DNA of 64,000 nucleotides from Ascidiella aspersa (lineage: Eukaryota), in contig OZ004607.1 of the NCBI GenBank assembly GCA_963924565.1, forward strand, positions 14,012,001 through 14,076,000, written 5' to 3'. The notes below the pieces were generated by a model, which was given only the letters and a program-made list of their open reading frames with translations, did not search any database and was not told the origin of the DNA. Below are positions 26,776 to 40,900 of the stretch, piece after piece. Position 1 is the first letter of the stretch, and each line of letters opens with the position of its first letter. Made by a program: the position numbers and the translations under genes.

Positions 26776-27490
26776 GTTATATGTACCTTACCTCATAAAT
26801 ATTTAGGGCCAGATATAAAAATACCAGTCCAAAAACACCTGGAAATGGAAATATATTACCTTCATATTTTTAAAATGTTTTACATATTGGTAAACAGCAA
26901 CAATTCCTATACTCACTTCAAATTTATTGATGGTAGAATAAGAGATAATACTTTGGGTAAAATCCTAAGTTAATTTCATTTCTTAAAATGAGCAATTACG
27001 ATTTTATTACCAAGAATTTAAGTGTGAATTGTCAAATACTTATTTCTACATGAATGGAAGGTTGCATGCGTACCAGATTTGGAATTGTATCACTTATCAT
27101 CAAATGTTGCAGTTTTAGGTATTTTACTATAGTCATGAAGTCGTTTGCTATTGGATTTTAACTATTTGTTTAACATATCTGGTATATATACTGGCCGTGT
27201 CTGTGTATAAACTGAAAATTTACTAGGGGCTATAGTTCAGAGCTCTTTGTCTTGCGCACATGGATATTTTAATATACATAATTACTTGCGTGAAATCAAT
27301 TGCTTGTTCGTTACAATACTTACCATCAACAGGGACTATTTTAAACCTATATAGTGCTGTATGAATTCTATGTATAAAACCAGGCTGAATCGACCCAGAC
27401 TCAACAAGTGTTGTGTGTGGTCTGGAATCCTAACACTTTTTTACAGTATTGGAATAGTGATCAACAATGAAATTACAAGGAATAAAAAAT

Positions 27491-28209
27491 ATGACGCTGG
27501 TCTAGAATTCTACCACAGATATTAAATCAATGCACAATATTTGGGTTAGGGTGTGTGAAGTATTATTACTTGACCCACCCCCACCCCACTGTGGAAAGTA
27601 TGGCAAGTGCACCCACAAGATTTTTTCAACCTTTCAAAAGTGCACCCCGAAAAAATCTGAAATGCAGCCCAAATATGTAAAACGCTTGTGCGGAATACGT
27701 TTACAGCGCAATGTATGCAATACAGAGTGCATTGGAGAATCCGAATGTGCAACCGAGGTGCACTTTTTTTACCTTAGTTGCACCCGGTCACCCGGATATT
27801 TTCGGCCGTGCACCCGCAAGATCTTGTCGAGATCTGCCATACTTTCCAGCAGTGCGCCGACCCAACACGTACCCTAATCCAAATAATGTTAGAAAAAGAT
27901 AATGTGGTAGGATTCTAGGCGCTCTTTCACTATTGTACGTAAAAATTAATAAAAAAAAAATTTTCTTTAAATGCCGCATACCACAACACATATTGTTTGG
28001 GTTAGGGTGCGGGTTAGCGTTTGGTTGAGGGTGGGTCAAGTTATTATTAATAATAAACATAATATTACTTGACCCACCCTCACCCAAACGCTAACCCGCA
28101 CCCTAACCCAAACAATATGCGTTGTGGTATGCGGTATTACTTTGTTTTGCTTTTTGCATAACTTTTCACGTACATAAGTGAAAGAGCGCCGGATTCTAGA
28201 CCAGCGCAT
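27491..28209. mobile_element. Foldback/MITE element upstream of DLAT with a long internal palindrome and a nested TIR element
   Basis: TIR CGCTGGTCTAGAAT (27495) / ATTCTAGACCAGCG (28206). Near-perfect palindrome at about 27920-28190. Inner TIR pair GGAAAGTATGGCA / TGCCATACTTTCC at about 27590-27850. Confidence 0.8.
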
Positions 28210-28589
28210 GGCTGTCTGACTCACATAAGTAAGTTCATGTGGTTTTAAAGGCTTTTGTGGCAAGGTCGGGGTTTTCCAAGACCGTCATCCAAAACATTAG
28301 TAGAGTAGTTGTAAACTACATTTCAGGCAACCACCATTTGCAATGTCCAGCAATATTAACCGGTTTCGAATTTAAATGGATTACAGACCCGTTTGTTTGC
28401 AGGTCAAGGGTGTTTAGCGCTTGAACTCTATAGTAATACAACACACGCTTGCAAGTGACCGATTTCAAGGTCGGAGAACGCTTGCTCAGGTTCGTTTTCT
28501 TTCATTATGACGGCTAAAGTTTGAAGCATTTCAAATGCCACTTTGCTAACGCGTTACTTTCATAATTTAAGTTTGTCTTTAAATGTACC

Positions 28590-29130
28590 CACTTCTTTAT
28601 CTGCCAACTTGAATAATTGAATTGAATACATTTGTCTTGAATAATTCAATTGAATACATTTGTTTTTTTCCCCTGAAATGAAAGATATAGTTCGCTGAGC
28701 AGATTAAATATGTCACACAAGTAGGCAAGTTTTAGAACCCATTTTTTATCAATAAATTTTTCAGCAAGATCTGAATTCTTCGCAGTGGTTCACGCAATTC
28801 ATACACTTTGTTTAATATTTTTCCTCGTGAGAGTCACCTTACTTTTGTGCACAAAATAAGGCATTTGTGCTCTGTGTCCATGTGATCATATATCTGCTGA
28901 AAAAGTCGGGTGTTAAGTCCATGTGCTTTGAAGAGGTTGATCATTTTATCCATATCATCGAATAAACTATGAATCTCAGGTGATAATTTTCGGCCAGCCA
29001 GGATTTCTCTGTGAAGGATACCATAAGTGGTGCGACCTCCTTTATCCGAACTGTCAAATCAGACAGATTAACAATCAAGGCTGTAGTCCCATCCGTGCAT
29101 ACACCGACACAAATAGACCAGTGCAGGGTT
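28590..29130 (-). pseudogene. Degenerate hAT (Buster/ZBED-like) transposase fragment
   Basis: Minus-strand translation gives WSICVGVCTDG, LNTRLFQQI...HKCLILCTKVR*LSRGKILNKVYELRE and LAYLCDIFNLLSELYLSFQG, with stops and frameshifts. A hAT-type end GGTTGCCGACCACTG lies at about 29368. Confidence 0.8.
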
Positions 29131-29248
29131 AAACTGATTTAGTTTGGACTGTTGCAGGTTTCTGCTATGACGTCATTAAATAACAACAAATAATAAGACG
29201 ACCCCCTACACCAGTTTCGACGTACGGTTTGGGGTTTAAATCATTTAA

Positions 29249-29313
29249 ATTTTAAGTTGGCAACCCTACTACGGACCGGTAATTTTAAGTTGGCAACCCT
29301 ACTACGGACCGGT
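29249..29313. repeat. About 32-bp tandem duplication
   Basis: AATTTTAAGTTGGCAACCCTACTACGGACCGGT occurs twice. Confidence 0.85.
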
Positions 29314-29450
29314 AACGCACTCCTCGTGGACCGGCACCGGTCCGCGGACCGGTGGTTGCCGACCACTGCTCTAAACAAATTCAGTTTTCCCCGGCACTAG
29401 GCCACATTTATTGTAAATTGGAAAGAAAAATAACAAAGAAGAATTTTCAC

Positions 29451-29620
29451 CAGGGAGTCGAACCGTTTAACTTTTCCGGTTCAGGTTTGATTCGGTTTCA
29501 AGGATGTTTTTGGAATCCGGTTCAGTTCCGGTTTCGGTTTCGAGCAATTTATAAGTTCCCGTTCATCTCCGGTTCGACCGCCGTTATTCCAAAACGGTTC
29601 ATAAAGTTCCGGTTCGGATG
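29451..29620. mobile_element. MITE fragment with repeated CCGGTTC motifs
   Basis: Starts CAGGGAGTCGAACCG and carries multiple CCGGTT(C) units. Confidence 0.5.
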
Positions 29621-29749
29621 CAATATAAGCTGTGTCAACTAGTAGTAGAGAATAGTCTTTGAAACATAAGTTATTTAATCTAAGTTAGGTGAAAAAAGCA
29701 ACTTAGTATTAAAATTTCTTAAAAAAACTCAAGAATTCAGAAACTACCA

Positions 29750-30400
29750 GCGACAGCATCGCTTTTAGATTTTGTTTAATTGACGGAACTCTCTTCGAAA
29801 ACGTTGAAAATGTAGACATATTTCCCGATATAATGTCCCACCATAATATGGTAACTATAGGGGCTGACATTCCAAGTACCACGCGGCAGAGGCTACTGGA
29901 AATTGAATACATCATTACTAAATGACCAGCGTTACAAGGAAAACATAAAAACGGTGTCCACTTATTGTAAAGCAGAAAACCATATAGGCGCAACTGATCC
30001 TCACGTTAGATGGAACGCCTTGAAGTCAGTGGTTCGGGGAGAAACTATTAGATATTCGGCCGAACTAAAACGCAGGCTAAACAGTGGGCCTAAGCAAAAC
30101 GATTTGGAAAAAATGATTGGGGAGACCCAAGAATGCTATTTTGAATAATTCTGAAACAGAAATAGACCCCTTGCACGAAAAATTGTCCAAACTTAAATAT
30201 GAACTTGACAAACTAAATGCTGCGCCAAAAGAGGAGGGTGAGAAAAATACAAAATACTTTTTAAACTTGGAAAAAAGGGTATTAACAGACTGTTGGTCGA
30301 CGATAAAATAATAACTGACTAAAACAACAGTTGTTTTGGACGGCCTAATCGGCTTTCACAAGCAACTCTATAAACAAAACGGAAATCGATTCAACAAAAC
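29750..30400 (+). pseudogene. L1/Tx1-like LINE ORF2 fragment (end of APE endonuclease plus linker)
   Basis: Frameshifted translation LDFCLID...SHH.MV, WKLNTSLLND...WNALKSVVRGETIRYS and EEGEKNTKYFLNLEKR. Confidence 0.8.
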
Positions 30401-30732
30401 CTCAATCGCTTAAAATTAAAAACACTAGGATCTTCCAAAAATTAAGTAAAACAATCAAAACTGTTAGAAGCGGAATTCTTTTTAAACCAAAAAAGCTAAT
30501 GAATTTAAACTAAAAAATAGCATCAAAAGTAGTTAACACCCGGGTCCGAAGTGTACTAAACGACATTATCTCGCCTGCGCGAAAAAAAATATAGATAAAA
30601 ATATTTATATGTAAATGTTTTAATTTTCCCATTCTCAAAGCTTTCATTGTTAAAATTATTTTTTTTAATTTATTTTTTAAATATTTAGCCATTCATCATT
30701 GCACAACCTACGAATAAATCGATACCTTAGTG

Positions 30733-30800
30733 CAGTGGTTCCCAAACTTTTTTGGCTTTCGGCACACTAAAAATATCTTAAATATTTTGCGGCACACTTT
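30733..30800 (+). mobile_element. hAT MITE end, same family as 62524-62812
   Basis: CAGTGGTTCCCAAACTTTTTTGGCTT..GGCACACTAAAAA matches the reverse complement of the right end of the 62.5-62.8 kb element. Confidence 0.7.
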
Positions 30801-31985
30801 TAACAGACCAACAATAGAGTAATTTTACAATCGCCCTTAAAACACGACAAAATAAATGTAAATGTCTCAATATAAATAGTTTATAATGGGTAGTGCGGTT
30901 TTAAGCCTTAAATGTTTGCGCATATGCATTTTGGCAATACAAATACTCTAATTTCCAAAATAACAATAAGTTTCTCGGCACACTTTTGGCAATGAAAAGG
31001 ACAGGAAATTTAGCGGCCTGTTCTTTGGAGTCAGTTTTGGCTAGGATCACGTAAGCGACCATAGGCAGTCGCCGGCTCTCGCCTCGTGAACTACACAGCC
31101 ACCCTCGTCATTAAACTTCCGTTAGTTTTAAATGGACTCCGCATACCTGCTATGTATAAATTTTCAGGTTAATTTACACACTATTTATTAAGTGATGCGG
31201 CGACAAATCATTTGTTTATCTTACTTTGATGTCTTAACTGCCCCTTAAATTAGTAGAGTTTAATCGCAATGATAGTGTGTCATAGCGTAACGAACGATAA
31301 CTCAGTTTTTGCAAATACGTCAAACTTATTCCAAGTTAATATATATAAATCTAGCCGTTATTTGGCGCTACAGAGCAAACTATTTTTCAACAACAGTTGG
31401 CCCGCCTGCGCCACTAAAGAAAGAAAGATCAATGTTACAAAGCTTACGCTCATCAAAATACAAATTATTTATGTTTTATGTTATTTTCTATAAGATAGCG
31501 AAAATGGATTATTTCTATTTTATTGCTACTCACATGTCATTTACAGCTGCAGTTATGACAAACAATGGTTAAAACTAAAATAATTAGTAAACGTGCCGTT
31601 AGTCGGAAGCCGAAGCGTAAATGTGAACTACGACGGAAGAAAAAACAACAACATAGCACCACCTTGTGGAAAAAACAATAAAAGGCACTGAAGGGGGTAT
31701 TCTATCTGTACATTGGGTAAATCGGCGGTTAAAAACAATATTTATAGTAACGCAGTCGAACGGAATGCTCGATGAATTGCTGTCAACATTCCGGTCAATT
31801 AAAAGTTTTACAACAAAAGTGTTTAACAGCACACACTTTTTATCACTACAACAATAATTAAAACGGGAAATCTTTGTTGATTAAGGTCCGTACATGATGC
31901 ATGGTTATAGAATATAGTGAATAACAAAAAGAGAGATGTTCTGCCAGAAAGATCCGTCAACAGCGAGACGATGCTAGGAGATTCC

Positions 31986-34900
31986 TTAGGAGTCGAGCAC
32001 AGCCAAATACTTTCGCTCAATAATGCGAGGAAGGAGTAAATGCCTGTAATGTTGGAAGATTGTTAGTACAATACTGCGTCAATTCAACCTACAGAATACA
32101 AGATAAATAATTATATATATATGATTGTTGTAACTTGGATTCCGGTAAAAATTAATCTGTTCCAAAAGACGTAATTGCTATAATCAATTTGCCAAGATTA
32201 TTAAACGAATGTTCAAAATAGTATTTAAAAACTGTTGCTGAAAAGAGGTGCTAGTATGCAACATGTGTCAGTTTCGGTTAATCACTTTTAGCACTTCATT
32301 AAATTGTTCCGTTTGTTACTTGTGACTAAACATCTTATTGTTTGCCCTAAAATAAAATTTAAAGTCATTGATTTATTTACACAATTGAAATTCAAACTTT
32401 GAGCTCGACACGAGTTTATTAAATTTATACATAGTAACTCCCTACAGTGACGATACCTTATTGGCAAAAGAAGAAGAATAATAACTGGAAAGATCATCTT
32501 GAGATAGAACTCATTTGCAAAACCGAAGCCCGCTACAACCACCAGCTGTAGCACTTGCACTAAGGTAAACAGGTGCAGCTTTCTGTGTGGAACCTTCCGG
32601 ATGTAATGGTTTGGCGGGTAGGAGCTCTGTCGAATGAAACATCGATTTGGTAAAACGCTAAGCCTGTAAGGTAGCTCATAATACAAATTATCTGTTACTG
32701 GAGCTATAGTTAAAAAAAAAAACAATTGTCAACCATACAATTAAAAAAATATTGTTTGTTTGCTTGAATATTACTCAGTTATTTAAGCTGCGGTTCGGCC
32801 GAAATAAAATTGAAACTAACTACTTACGCCTTCGGTGAAGATGAGCATCATCCTGTCAAACATCTGGTTGCCACCGAACGATGAAAACCCAAGGTAAAGA
32901 AATAAACCCTAAACATATACACACAATGAACAATAGGACTCCAGCCTTTAATCGAAAATTAGAACAACATCAAAATCGGAATAAAGCACATTTCAGAGTA
33001 AGACCAAAATAAGACTAATACCTAATAGTCGTAGTAAGGTCTAAATCGGAATAAAACCCTAAATTCGTCAGAATAAAACCTAAATTGCCAGAAAATCACA
33101 ACGTTCCAGCTAACCCTACACCCCAACCCCCTTATCATTAACTCCCTTAACAATTTCAACCCTAATCCAAATTCTAACCCACCCACTTCCCCCCTAACCC
33201 CAAACAGGGACAAACAATCCGGTAAGGGTGCCGTTCAAACCAGGGCGCCCAAACGTCGACAGCAAAACGGCCACGCCAGACAGATGTCCCCAATGGTTCC
33301 ATAACCTCACTCTACAGTTCGAGGCGTTATTTTATCCATTAAGGCCATATTTTGATAAATTTAGGAATTATTTTTACATGTTTAGGTCTCATTCAGGCGA
33401 TTTTAGATCTTTTTCTGTCGTGATTATTACTGCAAAATTTATTATGTTGTTGGTCTTAATGCTACCGCTTTGTAGAATATTCTGATTTAGATATTCTTGC
33501 TTTGTAGGCCATATTGAGTGTCTCGAACAATAGAAGCAATACTTGTATACACAAATTAGTTGGCATAACTTTTACATTTTTGACAAGTTAAACATGATGA
33601 GCAACCGCCGCTATTAACATGTATGTAAAAAAGTTTAAAGCAATCTATTGCATTCGAAATATGATTACTGCATGCAGAGTTGTAATTTTTTACCGAGGCT
33701 AACAACTTAGATGTGAATTAACTGGACTGGACTTTTTTGTTATTCTAATTATCACAGTTTATTTATTGTCAACTGTCGTGTGTTGTACAGTAAGTCGAAC
33801 AAACACGCTTCGTCGCTAATTGTTTGAATTGTCCTTTGATAAGTTAATATTAAATATGTAGGTATACACATTACACAGCCTGTAATTCGTAAAGAATCGA
33901 GCACTTTATGTTGATTCTCACCTGCAGGACAGCTATGGGGATGTTCTGCAGATGCTGGACGAAAAGCAGAGACAAGCCGATGAGCACATGTGAGATAATA
34001 CTGGTGAGACGAGTTTCGCGAACTTTCACGATTCTAAATTCACAAGAGGTGGTCACTTTTCGATATTGCTATGAACACTTTTTGATGATATAGAAATTGA
34101 GCCGACTAAAAGGCAATTTTGACAAGAGACATTTTTTACGTTTGTAATAACTGGTTGAAAAATTGCTCTTTGCTGGGTTAAGCGGAGCAGGTGTGCTTTT
34201 GCTATGTGATAGACATAACGTTATTATACTACAATGAACCTAAGCAATGATTTCTACGATCTCACTTTATAGACGAAATTTGACTGAGCCAAGGTAATCC
34301 ATTGCAGTTAAAAATAAACATTTCAAAAACATAAACTTCGCTTAACTTTCGCGCAATTTTCGCCAAAAGGAATAACTATTTGTATCAAAAACATTTTTAC
34401 CATAAACAATGTAACCATAAAGTTTGCTATTTTCAAACTACAGAAAATAGTAATGTCGGTCTATAATTTAGGTTAGAACTCATGACCTCCGGCCGAAGCC
34501 GGGGCCGTCGCTAAACCGACTGAGCTATACTACGCAGGCATAGGGGTAGCTGGTCGAGAAATAACTATTAGAAGCTTCCCCTGAACCTGCGTAGCTCAGT
34601 CGGTAGAGCCAGTTTGGCCGGAGGGCGTGAGTTTGAACCTCACCACAGGCTAGTTGTTCTTGTTTGCACAAAAATCCTCAAATGCGTGGTTGTGTGCTAT
34701 TAATACTATTATTATACAGCAGCTTTTCGAATAGTTGTTGTCTGGTACTACAGGGCGTGGAACACCAATTGGAAGGCACTGATTTACGCTAAGTAAACAT
34801 GGCTTTGCTCGCTGAAAAACAACGAACGCCTGCATCTGTTATGGCGCCGAGTATGAATACAAATATGACAATCGGCGCTTACTCGTCGTTGACTGCGCCC

Positions 34901-37900
34901 AGGTTGGAAACGTGCTGTTCAACGTCAGCAAGTGCCTTCACGTGCAGCGGCGAGTGTGGGAGGGCAGCGTGCACCCAGGGCAGGTTGAAGATGGATAGGG
35001 GGATGTTTATGACACCAACCACGAATAGATCCCAGTGGTAGGCGGGACCCTTTTTCAACCTGTTGGAAACGAGGCGTTATAACTGTATGGTGAAACGTTC
35101 GTGACCGGGTTTTTGAATGGACTACTTTCATTACTTTTTTTCGGTTGTAATGAGACTGAAACATCTATAACAGGGGTTCTTAAACTTTTTTACGGCGAAC
35201 CCTAATTTTTTTTGCCTAAAAAATATCAAAAATGACGTTATAAATTGACGTCACAATACAAATAGACTTCATTAATCTTCTGATTTCGAAAAATGTGAAA
35301 GTGTAACTAAGTCTAAACATTGCAGAACCGTTTTATTTTTAATTAATTAAACTTTGTTTTTTGAAAAATTGATTACTTCTTGAATATACACGACTATTTT
35401 AATTAGGCCTTCATGGACCCCTTAAAACTAGTTATTGGACCCCAGTTTAAGAACCCCTGATCTATACACATAAATATGCGGGACGATGTAAAGTTTACAC
35501 ATTGTAAACTATGAAATCTGATAAAACATGCGCGTAACGGTTAGTTGTTACATGGAAATAATACTTTCCGCAAATATGAAACATTCGGATCGAGGGTAAA
35601 AATGTGGAAAATGATTAATTTTGAAAATGTGAGGCTCTGATGTAGTCAATAATTTATTCAGCAAACCGAGATAGATGGGCAGCAACGTACTTTTAGCGCG
35701 ACGAGTACACTATGTTTCATCGCAATTATCAAAATTTATATTTATTTTTAAGGCAAATTTAATATTTAGCAGATGAAGTGATACGTATTGTCAAATGTCA
35801 TTATTTGTGTGGTGCTTTGGCGAGAATATGGGCCGCGCCTATTTGCTTACTACTGCACATAAGTGATCCACAACTGTGGAACCGAGATTTGGACGAGGAT
35901 TGCAGTTTGCTGTGACGTAAAATTATCGTGATAAGAAACTGATTATCGGGAGCGTGATATTGCAATAACCGTTATCTTTAATGAGATCTTTTCAGATATC
36001 GATTATATCATGTTTTTGTATTGCGTTCAGTCGACCACACCACTCAAGCATTCGCAGCCAACTTAAGAATAGGCATTAACCACAAGAGCATTGCAAACAA
36101 CCACCTTTTGCGAACGGTTCAAAATCTTTTAAATATTTTCTTTAGTGTGGTTAACAGCTATACTAGGGTGGCGCTAGAGCACTGATACTGTGGATGTTTG
36201 CTACAGCAGACGACTTTTCAGAGTATTTGGCAAAAACCAAACTAGTAAGCATAGTTGCAGAACCAAAAAAAAAAATGCACAAAGGTTAAAAAACGCAGAA
36301 AGACAAAATGTCTATTCTTCTTAATGAAGAATTAAAGAGTTTTGTATTAATGTTGTTATATGGGTTATTAATTATTTTTGGTTCTGTACAAACCTTTTAG
36401 CGATTTTTTTAGAAAGATACTTGTATGGCGGGGCCAATTTCGCGATTGTATATATAATCCACATCCCATATGCAATGGTCGCTTACTTGTTTTGTGGAGC
36501 GTTGACCACGGCGGCAGATACGTTTTGGTCGACGAAAAACAGGCAGCTGAGACATAAGCCGAGTCCCATAGCGCCAACGTGGGCCAGGGGCTGAAGCTCG
36601 TGTATCGGTGGTATGGTGAACAGTTTCTTAGTGTTGTCGTAGTTAAAAGGTTCCACTGCAAGAGAGGTATTGATCTTTTAAGTAAAGTACAGTGCTTAAA
36701 ACTAACTAGAGTTTAAAACATAGTTACGCTCGACAGTAAATGCTTTAAAGTTTTTTAACATCCTTAATAAATAGGCATTTCACACAAAACAAATGAGAAT
36801 GAGATAAATGTTGGTTTCAATGTCCAACTTTACGTAAATTCTATCTGTTAACTTAATGCAATGGAAAACGCCCACTTGTAAAACTAGACAACACGCGTAC
36901 TGCTTTAGTTAGTTGAAGCGTAAGGGATTTTGTTCTCCCGAAAACAGAATATACGCTTGGTGGGAACAAAGAGAACTGTTCTTTGTGGTTGGTTTGCAAA
37001 GGCAATAACGCGTGACCGCATTCTGCCCAGCTACTCACGCGATATTGCTTGAAAGCCAAGGGCTCCAATAAGGGTGAAAAAGATCACCGAAATGGGGAGT
37101 GCGTAGTCGGCCAAGATCTCCCTTTTGGTAGCGGAAAGAAATTGCCTGTAAACATGAATTGAATTGAAATGTATAAATAACTTTTTCGAATTTGTCAATG
37201 TCAATATACATGGGCCGATATATTACTCAATATAAATACAAGAAGCTAACTGTTTGAGGTTGTAAATTATATGTAATTGCAATGATTCTTCAAACTCTAC
37301 TCGGCCAGAAAATAACTAGCTAGTAAAAAGGACCAGTAAGTAAAACCAACTCCTTAAGGTTAATTACAAAACAACTTGACCTACCTGTCCAGCGTGTTTC
37401 GTGAAAATGTTTTTTCGCAAAACGATGCAAATAAAACAACAGTTTCAAAGTGTTTTCCTTATTTTAAAAGTATTCCATCAAAAGCCATTTATATTCAGTT
37501 CTGAATTTGAAAAAATCCTAACCAAAGCCTAACACACCGTATAGTGAATCAAGGTACCGGGAAGAAACAAACGTATGGACAACTATAACTTACGACTGAT
37601 CAAACTTAAGAAGGGTGAGGCCGAGCCAGAGGGTCCCAAGCATCAGAAAAAGAAAGAGGATGGAGTTCTCAGGCCGATAGCACATCGTTGCATCGCAGTG
37701 ATTGCCGTAAGCGCTATTATTCCTTATGGTTTCGTTGAGAACTTCGCCTGTATAGGAGCACAAAAATCGTTAAACTGAGTGAACCGCGCGTGTGGGATAA
37801 CTTGTTGTGGCCATCTTATAGGACACAAAAAGCTTTTGCAATAGCCGAAATACTACTGCATGTTTTATAACAGCTGCGTCCATCATAATTTAAATTAATA

Positions 37901-40900
37901 TAATTGTTTGATCAGTCGAACTATTACTGTACATACACACAAAATATTGTGGTGCAGAACATATCGTATAAAATGAAGGCAGCATATGGTTGGTTCAGAT
38001 TTTCATGGTGACAAAAAAACGACTCGATTAGCGCAGTGTTATCTGCAAACCCCGCCCCAAACAGTGTCACCGGAGAGAACCATGCACACCAGCTGTGGCC
38101 GGAGGTGAATACCACAAAACACCCCCAAGCCGTCGCCCATCGATCGAATACCGTGTCCGAACAACAAATAGCATTGCGCGAAAACGGGCGGAGCCAAGCA
38201 TGTGCAATTCAGCCTGGGTTATGAAGCAGACGCAAAAATTGCAGCCAGTTTGTTTCGTCGACAATTTGCTCGACGTTCGTGACAACAGTTTGTTTTGTGT
38301 GGCGACTGGCGTTGGGATCGATGGGCGGGCGGGTATTCCTTCTCATTACGTCCATGTCAGAAGTGTTGTGATGTGAGGTGATGCTGCTGTGGTGGTTTCT
38401 TGGTGTGTGCCCTTTCGCGCAACGATTTATGAATATAGCCATGGTTACTTTACCGCAAACCAATTTTACAGGAAAACTGGTATAGGACACAATTATTTAA
38501 TTTATAGCATTTGGTTCCTTACAAATCATGACCCGACTACTTTCACCATTACAACTACTACCACCAATTGGTCGTTATGTGTCTAATTCATTTTTCAATT
38601 TCCAAAAGTATCTCATGTTTGCAGTACAATAAGTGCAGGACTGCAGATGGTGGCGCGTTCGCGACATAAAACACCGGGAAAAAATCTCACCTGCAGGCAG
38701 GAAGTTGTAGTTCTTGTTGAAATCTGCAAAAGATACAAAAGCTTCGGCTTAATTATGATTTACATTCTCGCAGGAGATTAATTTTCGCTCGGCACGGCGT
38801 TCTCGGAAAGATGCGGCTAAACCGCGGGTGAACTGCGTCCGATGCGCCACAAGTGAATAGCGCGGCGAGTCGCTTTTAAACAAAATTGGCTTACAGCAAA
38901 TGAAATTCCACGTTAATCAATAAAACGAATTGCCGCCCGTATACGAGCGTACATGCGATTGAAAAACCACATTCGAGAACGGAATAATTTTGCTTTTATA
39001 CGCTGGTCGAAACATTAATTATCTGCAATGCCAAACAATGCACCTTCACAATCTACGTTTCCACTTTCATTTTGCATTTACATTGGCAAGGCCGCCTGGG
39101 AACGAATAACCAAACAGCGCCTATCCCGAGAATTGTCGACCGCTAATTGGTGATGGGACAAGCGAAATTTACAAGTACGGGCGTCATTTAAATCTGATGG
39201 CACGAACTTATATTTGGCTTAGCATCGGCTTTTCAGTCGGCCAACCATCTTCTCGAAATAACTCCAGCACGAAATCTCATTTTTTTAATCATAGATCTCG
39301 TCTCATAAATATATCAGAGAGGTATATTTACGCTATGTTGATTAAACAAGTTATCAATGCCTTAAGCTTTTAGTTTACGTGTTAACTAAATAACTGACTT
39401 TTCGATTGGAACACCCATAGAAAATTGCTTTTGCTTTAAGCTGGTAAAACGGTAGCGTTTTTGGCGAGACTTACTGGTGATAGTTGCCTTTATGGCATCG
39501 GCTGTAAAGGCAAGGGCGATGAAGAAGCCGAAAATCTCCTCAGTCGACCTGCGTTGGAGGAAAACATGAACTTTTCCGAAACACTATACACAAAATATGT
39601 CGAAAAAACGCTTTAATTTTGTTGTTTTGCAAACGTTTGTCTACAACCGCAATTTACTAATAAAAAAATGTTATTTTTTTTACCATTCCTTTTTTTAGTG
39701 CTTGGGAATGTATGAAAGCGCAATTGTTTCAGTAAAACAGGGATTTATAAAATATATTGAACATTGGCTAAAAATATAATATGACAGAATCAAAAACATT
39801 AGCCGAGAACTTTTCTTGCAAACAGCTTAATAGCTTGGCAATCGCAGATCTGATTCTAGAACAAACGCTTTATAAAAAAAAACAGTTTGCTTAGCCCCTG
39901 GACATACCCCAAACCACAGAGCATATAGGATTCAAAGAGAAATAAGATAAACTTTTATAGGTATAATTTTACCGAAAATACCATTTTTCAGTAGTCAGAA
40001 AGCTTACTACAAAACACCTTGGATCAGCGGTTCTTTTTCAGTTTGCATTACGCTAAAATATAAAAAGGTCGCGACACACATCCTAGTAAACAGCAATATC
40101 ATAGCCTGACAATCGCCTTTAATGCACGGCAAGGTGATAAGACTTACTACTGTTTCAGACTAATCCCATAGTTTTTATAAAAGCATTGTGCAAGGTAAAC
40201 AGTAAACATCCATTATTGAATAAAGAAGTGTGGCTTAACGTACCTTGTGGAATATTTCATTAGCTTGCTGAGATTGAACACCGACTGTGTAATGACGAAA
40301 AAGCTGTTCCAAACTCCAGTCATCGTGTACATTGAGGCGAAATCGAGACCGAACTGAGTGCTCACAAGCTTGATAACTGTAAAGCATATCACGTAACTTA
40401 AGCAAAAAAAGAGAAATCAAAGAAAAGTTTTTACCGATAGAAAACTGGAGTCAAACATCCAATTCAATGGATTTGGGAGCGACATTTATTTTCTGAAATA
40501 GGTCCAATTAATAGCTTTAAACAGCAGCCATCCGTAGATTTCTATCAACTAACGACACTTGGTTAAGAAATCTCTTTTGAAAAAAAAGCTTTAACCATCT
40601 CTGGTAAATTGTTGTAAAGCATTTAAAGTTGGAACGTCGCTACAAACATAAGTAAAACATACAGTAAGGAGTTATCGAAACAAAAGTTATTCTGGTTGGT
40701 CAACCCGTCCGCCCGCTAATGATACTTATCAAGAGTGCAAAGGAGTTTGTTGTTGTACCTTTCACGTAGAGGGCCAGCGGTGCGGTTGTGAGCAAGATAA
40801 GCATTGGCTGACCGCTGAACAGTGCAAATGCAAGGCCTCCGATCGTTTGCGATACAATGCATGACATTACGCCTGTGGAAAAATAAACATAAGTGTACCG

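Noticed and set aside
34586-34650. Functional tRNA gene
   Set aside because: The anticodon arm is missing, the T-loop is altered (TTTGAAC) and the acceptor stem is imperfect, so it is called tRNA-derived instead.
37935-38042. Possible mutually exclusive alternative to SLC4A11 exon 16 (phase 1 to 2, [10 protein letters not shown]...MFCTTIFCV)
   Set aside because: Similarity to TM6 is weak, the segment is too short and the polypyrimidine tract is poor. It cannot be supported without transcripts.
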